Origin: Reclinomonas americana ATCC 50394
Lineage: Eukaryota
NCBI GenBank assembly: GCA_048213135.1
Contig: PS015250.1
Coordinates: 1-36,975, forward strand
Length of the DNA: 36,975 nucleotides
Direction of reading: 5' to 3'
This document shows positions 1 through 11,318 of the stretch, piece after piece. The translations under genes and the position numbers were made by a program. The first letter of the stretch is position 1. Every line of letters starts with the position of its first letter. The notes beneath the pieces were generated by a model, which saw nothing but the letters and a program-made list of their open reading frames with translations, did no database searches and was not told the origin of the DNA.

Positions 1-149
1 TGTTTCGTCAGAGGACAATGTGAGTGTATGACAACGCGAGCACCGCAACCTCTTCTGAACGTGTAATGCGAGACACCACCTGCTGCTGGCTCGCTGTGTC
101 GGTGGCTCTTATGGCTTGATGACACTCAATGTATTACCTACCACCGATG

Positions 150-1921
150 AGCAAACAGCAGCGTCTTCTCGCTGGGTGGTGGCGGCGCTCAGTTGCAGAT
201 CACGTCGGCGGGCCAGTCGGGCAGTCCGCTGGCCGTCTCGATCCGCTCATTTGACAACGGTACGCCGCCCATGTTCTTCGACAAGTCATTCAGTGTGACG
301 TCAGGTGAGTGAATGATTGACGCATGAGTGCTGCATAAATGTTGATGCTGACCTTGCCTTCTCGCAGTGAACAGTGCACCGACGGCGGTGATACTGAGTG
401 CGAGCTCGTACTTTCCACCCAGCACGGCGGGACTGGCGCTCGGCACGATGAGCACGAGTGACGTGGACTCGCAGCAGTCGTTCACGTATTCGGTGGTGGG
501 TGGTGCCAGCAGCGCGTTGGTGACGATTGCGTCCGGCAATCAGCTGCAGTTTGTGAATGCAGGAGTGACGGCATCGTTGGTGGTGATTGTGCGCACGACC
601 GACAATGGCAATCCTGCCATGTCGTTCGACCAGACCCTCAACATTGCTGGTTGCGTACTGTTCTGAATGTGGGTGATGTTTTGATGGACACTGATGCTGA
701 GCTTTTGACACTTGCATACAGCGCCCATTGTGACATCGCTGTCGTCCACCTTCGTGTCGGCACTGGCTGGCCAGTTGATAACACTGACGGGAACCGCGCT
801 GGTGAACACCTCAGCTGATGCATCTGCCTATGTGTTGGGCACTCCGCTTTGTGCCGCGACGACACCGCCGACGGCCGTGGCCAGCACCACCGTCAGCAGT
901 GTATTTGGCAGTGCGACCAGCATCACGCTGACGATCGGGGCGGCGGGTGCAGCTGTTGGCACGTACGAACTGTGCACGCGATGGGCGCCAGCCAAGACAT
1001 ATCTGGCGGTGTCGGCGTTCGCCATTGGTGAGGGGCGAGAGGGGAGCAGAGAGCAGCGTGTGCGAGCGTGCATGTATCATCTATTGCTGCGCTTCTTTGT
1101 TTCCTTCTTTTTCCTTCCCTCCTCTCTCTCTCTCTCTCGTGTGTATGTGCGCCTGCGTCTGTGTCAACTGACCGGAATGTGCAGGGTGTGTGGCTCCCAG
1201 CGACATTCTGCTATCGGGTGCGCAGACGTATTCGAGTGCGACGGTGCCGTTCACCGTGGGCACACCGAGCATCGATGGTGGATCTCAACACGGGACAAAC
1301 GCCGACATTCAGCATCGTTGGTGGTGTGCACGCCGTGCCAGTTCGAGGCAGTGGATCGACCAGGCGGCGCAATCTTGGCGTCGTTTGATCGGCTGCTGTG
1401 ATTTGCGTGATCGTTACCCGCTGTGTCGAAGTTGGACGTTCTTGGATGCTGCAGCGACATCCAACAGTGTTGGCGTGAGTGTGTGCACGCTAATGGTACG
1501 TGATCGCAGAGAAGAAGGGGGAGTTCGTGAAGGAAAGGACGAGGTCACCAACACCGTGCGTTGCGCGCGTATGCAGAGCACCGTGCCGGTGGCGGCTGCC
1601 AATGCAGAGACCAGCAATGTGTATGGCTCGCATTTCTGTTTGGTGAGTTCTCGTAGAGAAAAGAGACTAGGGAGAGATCTGTGAGACTGATTTGATTGGT
1701 TGTCGACTTGCAGATCGACCTGGTGGCGACCTCACGTGGGCCATCAAGACGACAACCGGACCACAAGCCTGCTCGCTGTGGTGTCACAGTTGACCACATG
1801 CGGGTCGTGGACATTCACTGCGTCGACGAAGCAATGTGTACCAAAGAGTGGCGTGGTGGCCACGTCGACAATGACTGCTTGTGCGACGAGCGGCGACTGC
1901 ACATCGGGGTTGAAGATTTGA
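150..1921 (+). pseudogene. Decayed 3' portion of a paralog of the NHL/cadherin/PAN gene (copy A)
   Basis: Near-identical to ~6715-9160. Lesions relative to that copy: +4 nt at ~1272, a deletion at ~1335 removing ~7888-8513, a ~60-nt deletion at ~1643, and -1 nt at ~1783. Homology is lost upstream of ~150. Confidence 0.8.
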
Positions 1922-2325
1922 GTGTTGTTGTATATATGTGGGCGCAAAACATTACCCGTAGCGTACGCGTCTTCTCTGCAGGTTGATTTCCGTGCTCCTC
2001 GCTCCTCTGCGGCGCTCGTCCTCAGCGTAGTCGTCCAGTTATACAATAACCTTCCTCCTGTTCCAATGGGTCGTCCACTGCCAACCTTCTGGGCCCTTCT
2101 CATGTTCGCAACAGCGACCCCTGTAAGTGCTCCGGATCCCCGCCTGTCTTTGACACTTCCGACAGCATGCGCATCGATATCCTTGTTTTGGCGCAACTTT
2201 TTTTGGCGCCAAAAACAGAGTTTCAACCGTTTTCATCCGTCCTTCCTTGGGAGCATGCGCGTCACTCGCCGCTCACATCGTGGGCGCGCTGGCGTGCGCG
2301 TACACGTCACTGTTGCACTCATCGT
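189..2325 (+). repeat. Segmental tandem duplication; direct copy of ~6753-9538
   Basis: Exons, introns and intergenic DNA match. The offset is 6564 at the start (712 vs 7276) and 7217 at the start codons (2255 vs 9472) because of deletions in copy A. Confidence 0.95.
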
Positions 2326-5300
2326 CCTCTTCTCACTCGCTCTCACTGCCAGCTGCGTTCCTCTTGATCTCGCTCGTGCGTGTTTGAACATGTCTCGCTC
2401 AATCCTATAGTCCACCCTGTTACAGCCGCCCAGACAGTGACCACCGCCGTCGCCACCGACATCACTGGCACGTCCGTCACGTTTAATGCGTGGGTCAACC
2501 CCAACAATGTCGCCGGCGGCACCACCAACTCCTTCGAGTGGTCGCCTTATGCTGCCGCCTTGGGTGTCTCCTCCGCCACTGTGTCCACCTTCGTGGGCAC
2601 AGCAGGCACTTCGGGAACGACGGATGGCGTTGGAGCAAGTGCATTGTTGTATCGTCCACTGGTGTGTGCATCGAAGAGTTTTTTTCCTCTCTGCGCTGAA
2701 TGTGCACAAACGTGCTGACGTTGCGAGTGGTCTCTCTCACCAGGGATTGGCCTTTGATGCCTCGGGCAACCTGTATGTGGGCGATTACGGGTTTGTCACG
2801 CACTTGTCTGTCCTTGGTTCGTCGCTTCTCACCCTCACTGCACGTGATGATAATGATTGACAGCAACTGTCGCATTCGGCGCGTCACACCTGCAGCAACA
2901 GTGACCACGTTTGCGGGAAGCACCTGTGGCTTTGCGAACGGCACAGGAGTGGCAGCGCAGTTCAACAAGTGCGTTCTTGCTCTCTCAATCTCTTACTCTC
3001 TCTCTCTCTCTCTCTCTCTCTCATTCTCTCCATCCCTCCCTTTCTTCACACTCACTCACCCACACACTTACAGCCAGTCCGGTCTCGCCGTCGACCAAAC
3101 CACGGGAACGATGTATGTCGCCGATGTGAGTGTGTGGCGGCATGCATGATCGCTGCGTGATGGATTCTGGTTACCCTGACACGTGTGAGCGTCTCTCACA
3201 GCCGGGCAACAACGCCATTCGTGCGGTCACCTCAGCAGCCGTGGTCACCACGCTGGCGGGCAATGGAGCGGTGGGGAGTGCCAATGGCACGGGTGCAGCA
3301 GCCACCTTCTATTGGCCTGGGGGAGTGGCGGTGGACTCCACGAACCAAGTGGTGTATGTCGGCGACTGGAACAACTACGTCATTCGGCGAGTGACCTATG
3401 CCGGTGCGGCGACGACGTTTTGTGGCACTGCAGGCATGAGTGGCACCGCTGATGGTGCGTGTGCGGGAGCGGCGCGATTTGGTGGTCCATACGGCGTGCT
3501 GCTCGCCGGAACCACACTGTATGTTGGTGAGCGCTGTGTGAAGCGAGTGTTGTCTTCCTCCTTTTTCATCTGCGTCTTCTGCTTGTGCTTGCGGGTGCAG
3601 TCGATCGCAATAACAACTCCATCCGCGCCATTGACACGGTGGCAATGACGGTGACGACGGTGGCGGGTTCGACGAGTGGCGCTTCTGGATCCACGGATGC
3701 CACCGGTGAGTTCATCATGATCTAGGTGGGCAACTCAGAGCGATCTTTTTCGTGCTTGCTGATTGATGATGCGCACCAGGGACGGCTGCCCGCTTCAGCG
3801 CGCCGATCGGACTGGCATACGACCCGGGAAACAATGTCATCTATGTTGGCGATGTTGAGTACACTCCACTCTGGGATGTCTTTCGCTTCTTGATGTTGAC
3901 TGCCTGAGCTCCGCAGGGTGGCAACAGAACCGTACGAAGCATCCGTGTATCAGACTCGTCTGTATCGACGATTGCCGGTGCGGCAGGCATGAGTGGCTCC
4001 GCCAACGGCAGCGCACTGACTGTGGCGCGCTTCAACTCGCCGCAATTTCTTGCGTTCGATGCATCGACGGCATCTGTGTTGGCTGCCGATTTCTACAATC
4101 ACACCATCCGTCGCATCTTGCTCTCGTCACAGTCGGTGTCGGCCACACCCGCCACCGCCACTGGCTCCCTCGCCGCTTCCATCACTGCCTCACTGACTGG
4201 ATTGGCGAGCAACTGGACCTACTACAGTCGCGCCGTCGGCGTCACCTCTACACCCAGCACCGTCAATGGCGCCACCGTGTCATTCACCACCTATGCCAAT
4301 GTGGCGCCGACCGACATTAGCTGCTCGTCGACGACGTACGTGTCGCCGTCGGTGGCGAATCAAGTCGTGTGTGCGCTGCAGACGACGGACGCGAACGCGG
4401 GCCAGTCGTTCACGTACTCGATTGTCGGCGGCGCCAATAGCGGTGTGTTCTCGATCAGCGGACAGTCGCTGGTGATTGTGGCGGCGGGGCAGACGGGCGG
4501 CTCGCTGGCGGTGACGATTCGGTCGACGGATAGCGGGTCGCCGCAGCTGTTCTTTGACAAGGCGTTCACCATCACCACGGGTGAGGCAACGTGGCTTGCA
4601 CGGTCATTTGTGCTCTACGACTTTCTCATCTCCTTGTTCCTCTTACTCTGTTTTCATGTGAGAGTGTTCTTTCTTTTTCTCGTTCTTCCTCTTCTTTCCT
4701 TTTCCTTTTCCTTCTTGTACTTTTCTCCTCCTCCTCCTCGACCCTTCCTCCACCTCTTTCATCGGTCATTCATAGTGCTTTCTTCCTCTTTGCTGCTCCA
4801 CAGCCTCCCAGTCGCTGGCTACGCTGGCGGCCAGCAGTGTAACAACGTCATCGGCGACATTGAATGCGGTGGTGGGCAACTCTGTGGCGGCCTCGACGAT
4901 GAACAACTCTTTCGAGTGGGCGCCGTCGGCAGCTGCATTTGGTGTCACACCAACAGTGTCGACGTGGTTGGGCACGGCGGGCATGTCTGGTTCGACGGAT
5001 GGCACTGGAACGGCAGCTCGATTCTTGAAACCGACTGTGAGTTGTTTGTTGAATCGGGTTGCATGATTCATTACACCATTGATGCTCACGTGTCATTGCA
5101 GAGCATCGCGCTGAGTGCGTCGGGTACTGGATTCGTGTGCGATCAGCAGAACCACACAATTCGGCGAGTGACGAGCGGAGGTGTTGTGTCGGCATTTCTC
5201 GGAGCTGCGGGAGTATCGGGTTTGGTCGACGGGGTCGGCAGTGCGGCGCGGTTTAACGCACCCACCGACCTCTCTATCGACTCGACCACCGGGTACCTGT

Positions 5301-8300
5301 ACATCGCTGATGTTGCGTTCGTTGCGCTGTCCTTGAATGTGTTCCTCTTCTTCTGACAGTTAGCGCCTCCAGATATCGAATCAAGCTATCCGCGTGAGCA
5401 CTGCATCCGGCTCTGTGTCGACTCTGGCTGGCGACGGTTCGGTGGGCACCGCCAATGGCACCGGATCGAGCGCGAGGTTCAGCGCTCCGCATGGCATCGT
5501 GGTTTATTCATCGAACAAAGTGATGTATGTTGGTGAATGGTTCAACTACACTATCAGAAAGGTGCCCGCGCGCATCCGCTACCGCTGTGCTTGTACGATT
5601 TTGTAATATTGATCCGCTTCCTAGGTCACATTCGGCGGCGAGGTCACCACCTACTGCGGTACGATCGGGTCGGCGGGTGCAGTTGATGGAGCATGTGCAA
5701 CAACAGCGCGGTTTGGTGGACCGGCTGGCATGGCTCTGGACACGACGGCCAATCGTCTCTATGTCGGTGCGTGTGTTCGTTTGCATATAAGCGTGCTTTG
5801 ATGATCACTTATGATATAGGAGCAAAACAGCTGATAGAGGGGGCCACAGCATCCGAGTGATCGACATGCTGGCGATGACTGTGTCGACACTGGCCGGCTC
5901 TCTCGCCGGAGCAACAGGATCGACAGATGCCGCAGGCACTGCGGCCCGATTCAACGAACCGACTGGCATCCAGCTTGATCGAGCGCGTGGCGTCCTTTAC
6001 GTTGCTGAGGTTGCGTCGGGTTATTGCCGTGCGCGTTTAGTATTTCTCCTGTATTTATTTTTTGTCTTTTAAAGTTTGCCAACTCCACCATTCGCCAAAT
6101 CGTTATCAGCACTGGTGCCGTTACCACCATCGCCGGTGCTGCAGGAGTTACTGGATCAGCCGATGGGAGCCCACTAACAGCTGCTCGATTCTATAATCCG
6201 GTGCGATCGTCTGGTGCTTGTGGCGACGATTGGAATGCGTTTCTCATTTTTGTCTGTCCAGGTATTAATTGCGTACGATGCCGCATCGTCTACTCTGAAT
6301 ATTGCAGGTTCGTGATCAAAGCAGAGATTGAATCATCGTCATCCCTTGTCTTCCTGCTCAGCTTATTGCACCATAGATTTCAACAACAACACCATCCGCC
6401 GCCTAACCGTCGGCTCCTCCACCGTCTCGGCCACCCCGTCCATCTCCGGTGTCGCCTCCAGCACCGCTCTGACCGCGTCCCTGACGTCACTTGCCGCCAA
6501 CTGGACGTACTACTTCCGTGCCCTGTCCACATCCACCGTGCCTAGTACTCTCACCGGCCCCACCATGTCGTTCACCACCTCCAACTCGGTGCCAACCGAC
6601 ATTGCTTGCTCTACTACCACCTATGTCGCCCCGTCGACGGCCAACATGCCTGTGTGTACGATGAGCACCAGCGACGATAACGTGGGACAGTCGTTTACGT
6701 ACGCGGTCAGTGGAGGAGCGAACGGCAGTGCTTTTTCGGTGAGCGCTGGTGCGCAGCTGCAGATCACGTCGGCGGGCCAGTCTGGTAGTCCGCTGGCCGT
6801 CTCGATTCGCTCGTTTGACAACGGTACGCCGCCCATGTTCTTCGACAAGTCATTCAGTGTGACGTCAGGTGAGTGAATGATTGACGCATGAGTGCTGCAT
6901 AAATGTTGATGCTGACCTTGCCTTCTCGCAGTGAACAATGCACCGACGGCGGTGATACTGGGTGCGAGCTCGTACTTTCCACCCAGCACAGCGGGACTGG
7001 CGCTCGGCACGATGAGCACGAGTGACGTGGACTCGCAGCAGTCGTTCACGTATTCGGTGGTGGGTGGTGCCAGCAGCGCGTTGGTGACGATTGCGTCCGG
7101 CAATCAGCTGCAGTTTGTGAATGCAGGAGTGACGGCATCGTTGGTGGTGATTGTGCGCACGACCGACAATGGCAATCCTGCCATGTCGTTCGACCAGACC
7201 CTCAACATTGCTGGTTGCGTACTGTTCTGATTGTGGGTGATGTTTTGATGGACACTGATGCTGAGCTTTTGACACTTGCATACAGCGCCCATTGTTACAT
7301 CGCTGTCGGCCACATTCGTGTCGGCACTGGCTGGCCAGTTGATAACACTGACGGGAACCGCGCTGGTGAACACCTCAGCTGATGCATCTGCCTATGTGTT
7401 GGGCACTCCGCTTTGTGCCGCGACGACACCGCCGACGGCCGTGGCCAGCACCACCGTCAGCAGTGTATTTGGCAGTGCGACCAGCATCACGCTGACGATC
7501 GGGGCGGCGGGTGCAGCTGTTGGCACGTACGAACTGTGCGTACGATGGGCGCCAGCCAAGACATATCTGGCGGTGTCGGCGTTCGCCATTGGTGAGGGGC
7601 GAGAGGGGAGCAGAGAGCAGCGTGTGCGAGCGTGCATGTATCTATTGCTGCGCTTCTTTGTTTCCTTCTTTTCCCTCCTCTCTCTCTCTCTCTCGTGTAT
7701 GTGTGTGCCTGCGTCTGCGTCAACTGACCGGAATGTGCAGGGAGTGTGGCTCCCAGCGACATTCTACTATCGGGTGCGCAGACGTACTCGAGTGCGACAG
7801 TGCCGTTCACCGTGGGCACACTGAGCATGGTGGATCTCAACACGGGACAGACGCCGACATTCAGCATCGTTGGTGGTGTGCACGCCGCTCTGTTCAGCGT
7901 TGTCGGCGGTAATCAGCTGACGCTGTCGGTGGCTCCGCCACTGAGTCGACGACTGCAAGTGTTTGTGCAAGTGAGTGACGGCGCACTGACGTACACCAAG
8001 CAGTTCATGATTGTGTATGGTACGTAGATGGGGAATAAGGAAAGGGAGGGGAAAGGAAAAGGAAAAGGAGAGTGGAACGGCAGCAGTTGAAGGAGAAGAG
8101 CAGAGGTACTGTGAGGCTGGCGAGTGATTGGTAGATAGTGAAACAAGATGAAGAGCAGAGTGGGTGTAAGATTCGTGTGCACACTTGTTGGTCCTTGAAC
8201 CTTGTAGTGTGCAGCAGAGAGTTGGGATATTTGCCTGTCCCTCCTGTCCACTCTCTCATGCTGTTGGCACTGTTGGCTCCGCCTGGTGTTGTTCAGTCAA

Positions 8301-9160
8301 CGGAGACGTGCTCCCTCCCTCCCTCCCTCTCTCTCTCTATTGAGCATGTGAATGGTGCTGACGATGATTGATTGGGGTGTGTGTGCAGCCTGGAACGCAG
8401 GTTGCGGAACGGCGCAGAATGGAGTTGTGGCTCGTTGCGTTGATTTCTTACCGCATGCACCATCTTCTGCCGTCTTACTCTCTTCGTCATGTCGAGCAGC
8501 GGCGTTGGAAGTGTGTCAGTTTGAGGCAGTGGATCGACCCGGCGGCACGATTGTGGCCACCATTGTTTCTGCAAGAAGTGAGGTTGGATGTTGTGAGATG
8601 TGCGATCAGTATTCGCAGTGTCGGTCGTGGACGTTCCTGGATGCTGCTGCGGCGTCGAACACACTCGGCGTGAGTGTGTGCACACTGAAGGCACGTGCTT
8701 GAGAGGAGGGAGCTTATGCCGAATGGCAAGCTCATCTTCTCGCTGCGTGCAGAGCACCGTGCCGGCGGCGGCTGCCAATACAGAGACCAGCAATGTGTGT
8801 GGCTCGCATTTTTGTTTGGTGTCGGGACGAAAGACAAGTGTGGCGGCGTATGACAGTAGCGGTTTCCAGACGAGCACCGGTGAGTTCTCGCAGAGAAAAA
8901 GAGATTAGGGAGAGATCTGTGAGACTGATTTGATTGGTTGTCGACGTGCAGATCGACCTGGTGGCGACCTCACGTGGGCCATCAAGACGACAACCGGACC
9001 ACAAGCCTGCTCGCTGTGGTGCTCACAGTTGACCACATGCGGGTCGTGGACATTCACTGCGTCGACGAAGCAATGTGTACCAAAGAGCGGCGTGGTGGCC
9101 ACGTCGACGGCGACCGCGTGTGCGACGAGCGGGGACTGCACGTCGGGGTTGAAGATTTGA
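2255..9160 (+). CDS. Secreted multidomain adhesin/lectin-like protein: signal peptide, 2x[FN3-like domain split by 6 NHL repeats + cadherin-like], cadherin-like, IPT/TIG-like, cadherin-like, 2x PAN/Apple (~23 exons; copy B)
   Basis: Exons join in frame across short introns from ATG 2255 (hydrophobic VTVALIVLFSLALTA) to TGA 9160. NHL motifs (AARFxxPxGxAxD..YVxDxxNxxIR) x12; cadherin-like NxAPTDI...SFTYS...TDxG...FDKxF; PAN DRPGG..C...C...C.SWTF...C..K x2. First-intron boundaries are ambiguous. Confidence 0.88.
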
Positions 9161-9471
9161 GTGCTGTTGTACATATTTGGGCGCAAAACATTACCCGTAG
9201 CGTACGCGTCTTCTCTGCAGGTTGATTTCTCGTGCTCCTCGCTCCACTGCGGCGCTCGTCCTTCAGCGTAGACGTCCAGTTATACAATAACCTTCCTCCT
9301 GTTCCAATGGGTCGTCCACTGCCAACCTTCTGAGTCCTTTTCATGTTCGCAACAGCGACCCCTGTAAGTGCTCCGGATCCGCTCACTTCCGACAACATCC
9401 TTGTTTTGGCGCAACTTTTTTGGCGCCAAAAACAGAGTTTCAACCGTTTTCATCCGTCCTTCCTTGGGAGC

Positions 9472-9538
9472 ATGCGCGTCACTCGCCGCTCACATCGTGG
9501 GCGCGCTGTGCGCGTACACGTCACTGTTGCACTCATCG
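9472..9538 (+). pseudogene. 5' stub of a third copy (copy C), joined to unrelated sequence
   Basis: ATGCGCGTCACTCGCCGC...CACTCATCG matches 2255-2325 with a 3-nt deletion, then diverges abruptly before the gap at 9607. Confidence 0.7.
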
Positions 9539-9606
9539 CCAAATTATCCAGCAGAAGGCTACATATGTTGAGAGCTTCAACGAGTTCAGCGTCGACGTCT
9601 GCGTAC

Positions 9607-10336
9607 NNNNNNNNNNNNNNNNNNNNNNNNNNNNNNNNNNNNNNNNNNNNNNNNNNNNNNNNNNNNNNNNNNNNNNNNNNNNNNNNNNNNNNNNNNNNNN
9701 NNNNNNNNNNNNNNNNNNNNNNNNNNNNNNNNNNNNNNNNNNNNNNNNNNNNNNNNNNNNNNNNNNNNNNNNNNNNNNNNNNNNNNNNNNNNNNNNNNNN
9801 NNNNNNNNNNNNNNNNNNNNNNNNNNNNNNNNNNNNNNNNNNNNNNNNNNNNNNNNNNNNNNNNNNNNNNNNNNNNNNNNNNNNNNNNNNNNNNNNNNNN
9901 NNNNNNNNNNNNNNNNNNNNNNNNNNNNNNNNNNNNNNNNNNNNNNNNNNNNNNNNNNNNNNNNNNNNNNNNNNNNNNNNNNNNNNNNNNNNNNNNNNNN
10001 NNNNNNNNNNNNNNNNNNNNNNNNNNNNNNNNNNNNNNNNNNNNNNNNNNNNNNNNNNNNNNNNNNNNNNNNNNNNNNNNNNNNNNNNNNNNNNNNNNNN
10101 NNNNNNNNNNNNNNNNNNNNNNNNNNNNNNNNNNNNNNNNNNNNNNNNNNNNNNNNNNNNNNNNNNNNNNNNNNNNNNNNNNNNNNNNNNNNNNNNNNNN
10201 NNNNNNNNNNNNNNNNNNNNNNNNNNNNNNNNNNNNNNNNNNNNNNNNNNNNNNNNNNNNNNNNNNNNNNNNNNNNNNNNNNNNNNNNNNNNNNNNNNNN
10301 NNNNNNNNNNNNNNNNNNNNNNNNNNNNNNNNNNNN
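9607..10336. other. Assembly gap (others: 14394-14413, 15646-15665, 16774-16793, 17284-17435, 23467-23876, 24686-25419, 32914-33372, 34897-35343)
   Basis: Runs of N. The 20-N gaps at 14394 and 15646 must be longer than shown because required exons are missing. Confidence 0.99.
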
Positions 10337-10660
10337 AGAAGACAATATGTGACAATTCGAGCAGGAAACGACACACCAAGGCTTCGTTGTGAACGCGACT
10401 TCCGTTGCTCCTCTCCGGGTATGCTCTCTATGTGCTCGTCTTCTTTGCGCTCGTGTGTACGTGTGAATGTGAATGTGAGGCGCGGAGTTCATGGGAAGAC
10501 AATATGAGACAATGCGAGCACCAAACGACACGCCGCACGCAAACAAAGGTGACGCGACCTCCTCGTCCTCTGCTTCCTCTCTCTTTGTGTGTTCTGTGCT
10601 CTTCCTTGCTGCGCGCTTGTGTGATCGTGCGTGTGAGTGTGAGCGTGCGTGCGTGTGTGT
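10337..10660. repeat. Degenerate ~160-bp tandem repeat upstream of the OSBP gene
   Basis: GAAGACAATATGTGACAATTCGAGCA (10338) vs GAAGACAATATGAGACAATGCGAGCA (10495), with similar downstream GT-rich parts. Confidence 0.6.
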
Positions 10661-10704
10661 GGCTCATCTCTAACTCTCACTTTTTGCGCAGAGGAATCAC
10701 AGTC

Positions 10705-11223
10705 ATGTCTGGGGGCAGTTCGAGTGCCGGAGGCGAGGACATTACGGAGGAGGAGATCGAGAAGGAGTTCGAGTCGCTGACTGTGGGCGACGATGGGCGC
10801 CTTGAGGAGACGGCCGTCAATGGCGGATTCCTCTTTACCGACCGCGACGACATCAAGCGACAGCGAAAGTTGCGGCGCGTGCACTACACAAGAGCCATGT
10901 GTGCGTTCGTGTGTCTACAGTGGCTAGAGCATGTGGCGTTGAGAGTGAGAGTTGGCGCGCAAGAACAGGTCGGCCATTTCCTCACACACACCTCTTGCTC
11001 ACTCTCTCACACAGGGCGGCCTACTCGTTTGTGAAGACTCTGGGCATGCAGATCTTGAAGGGCAAGGACTTGGTGTCTGTGTCGCTTCCAGTGGAGCTCT
11101 TTGAGCCGCGCTCATTCCTCGAGCGTCTCACCGACAACTGGTCGTATCCCATTTATCTGCAGCGCGCAGCAGGTGTGATCGATGGATGATGCACCACGTG
11201 TCTTACTGTAGACACTCATGTTT

Positions 11224-11318
<95 letters not shown>

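Noticed and set aside
2255-9160. Bacterial contamination, given the bacterial-looking domains
   Set aside because: The gene has many spliceosomal introns with the same donor usage as neighbouring eukaryotic genes.
9343-10546. Long ORFs spanning N runs here and at 22280-25675 and 32393-35659
   Set aside because: Open only because N codons are not stops.
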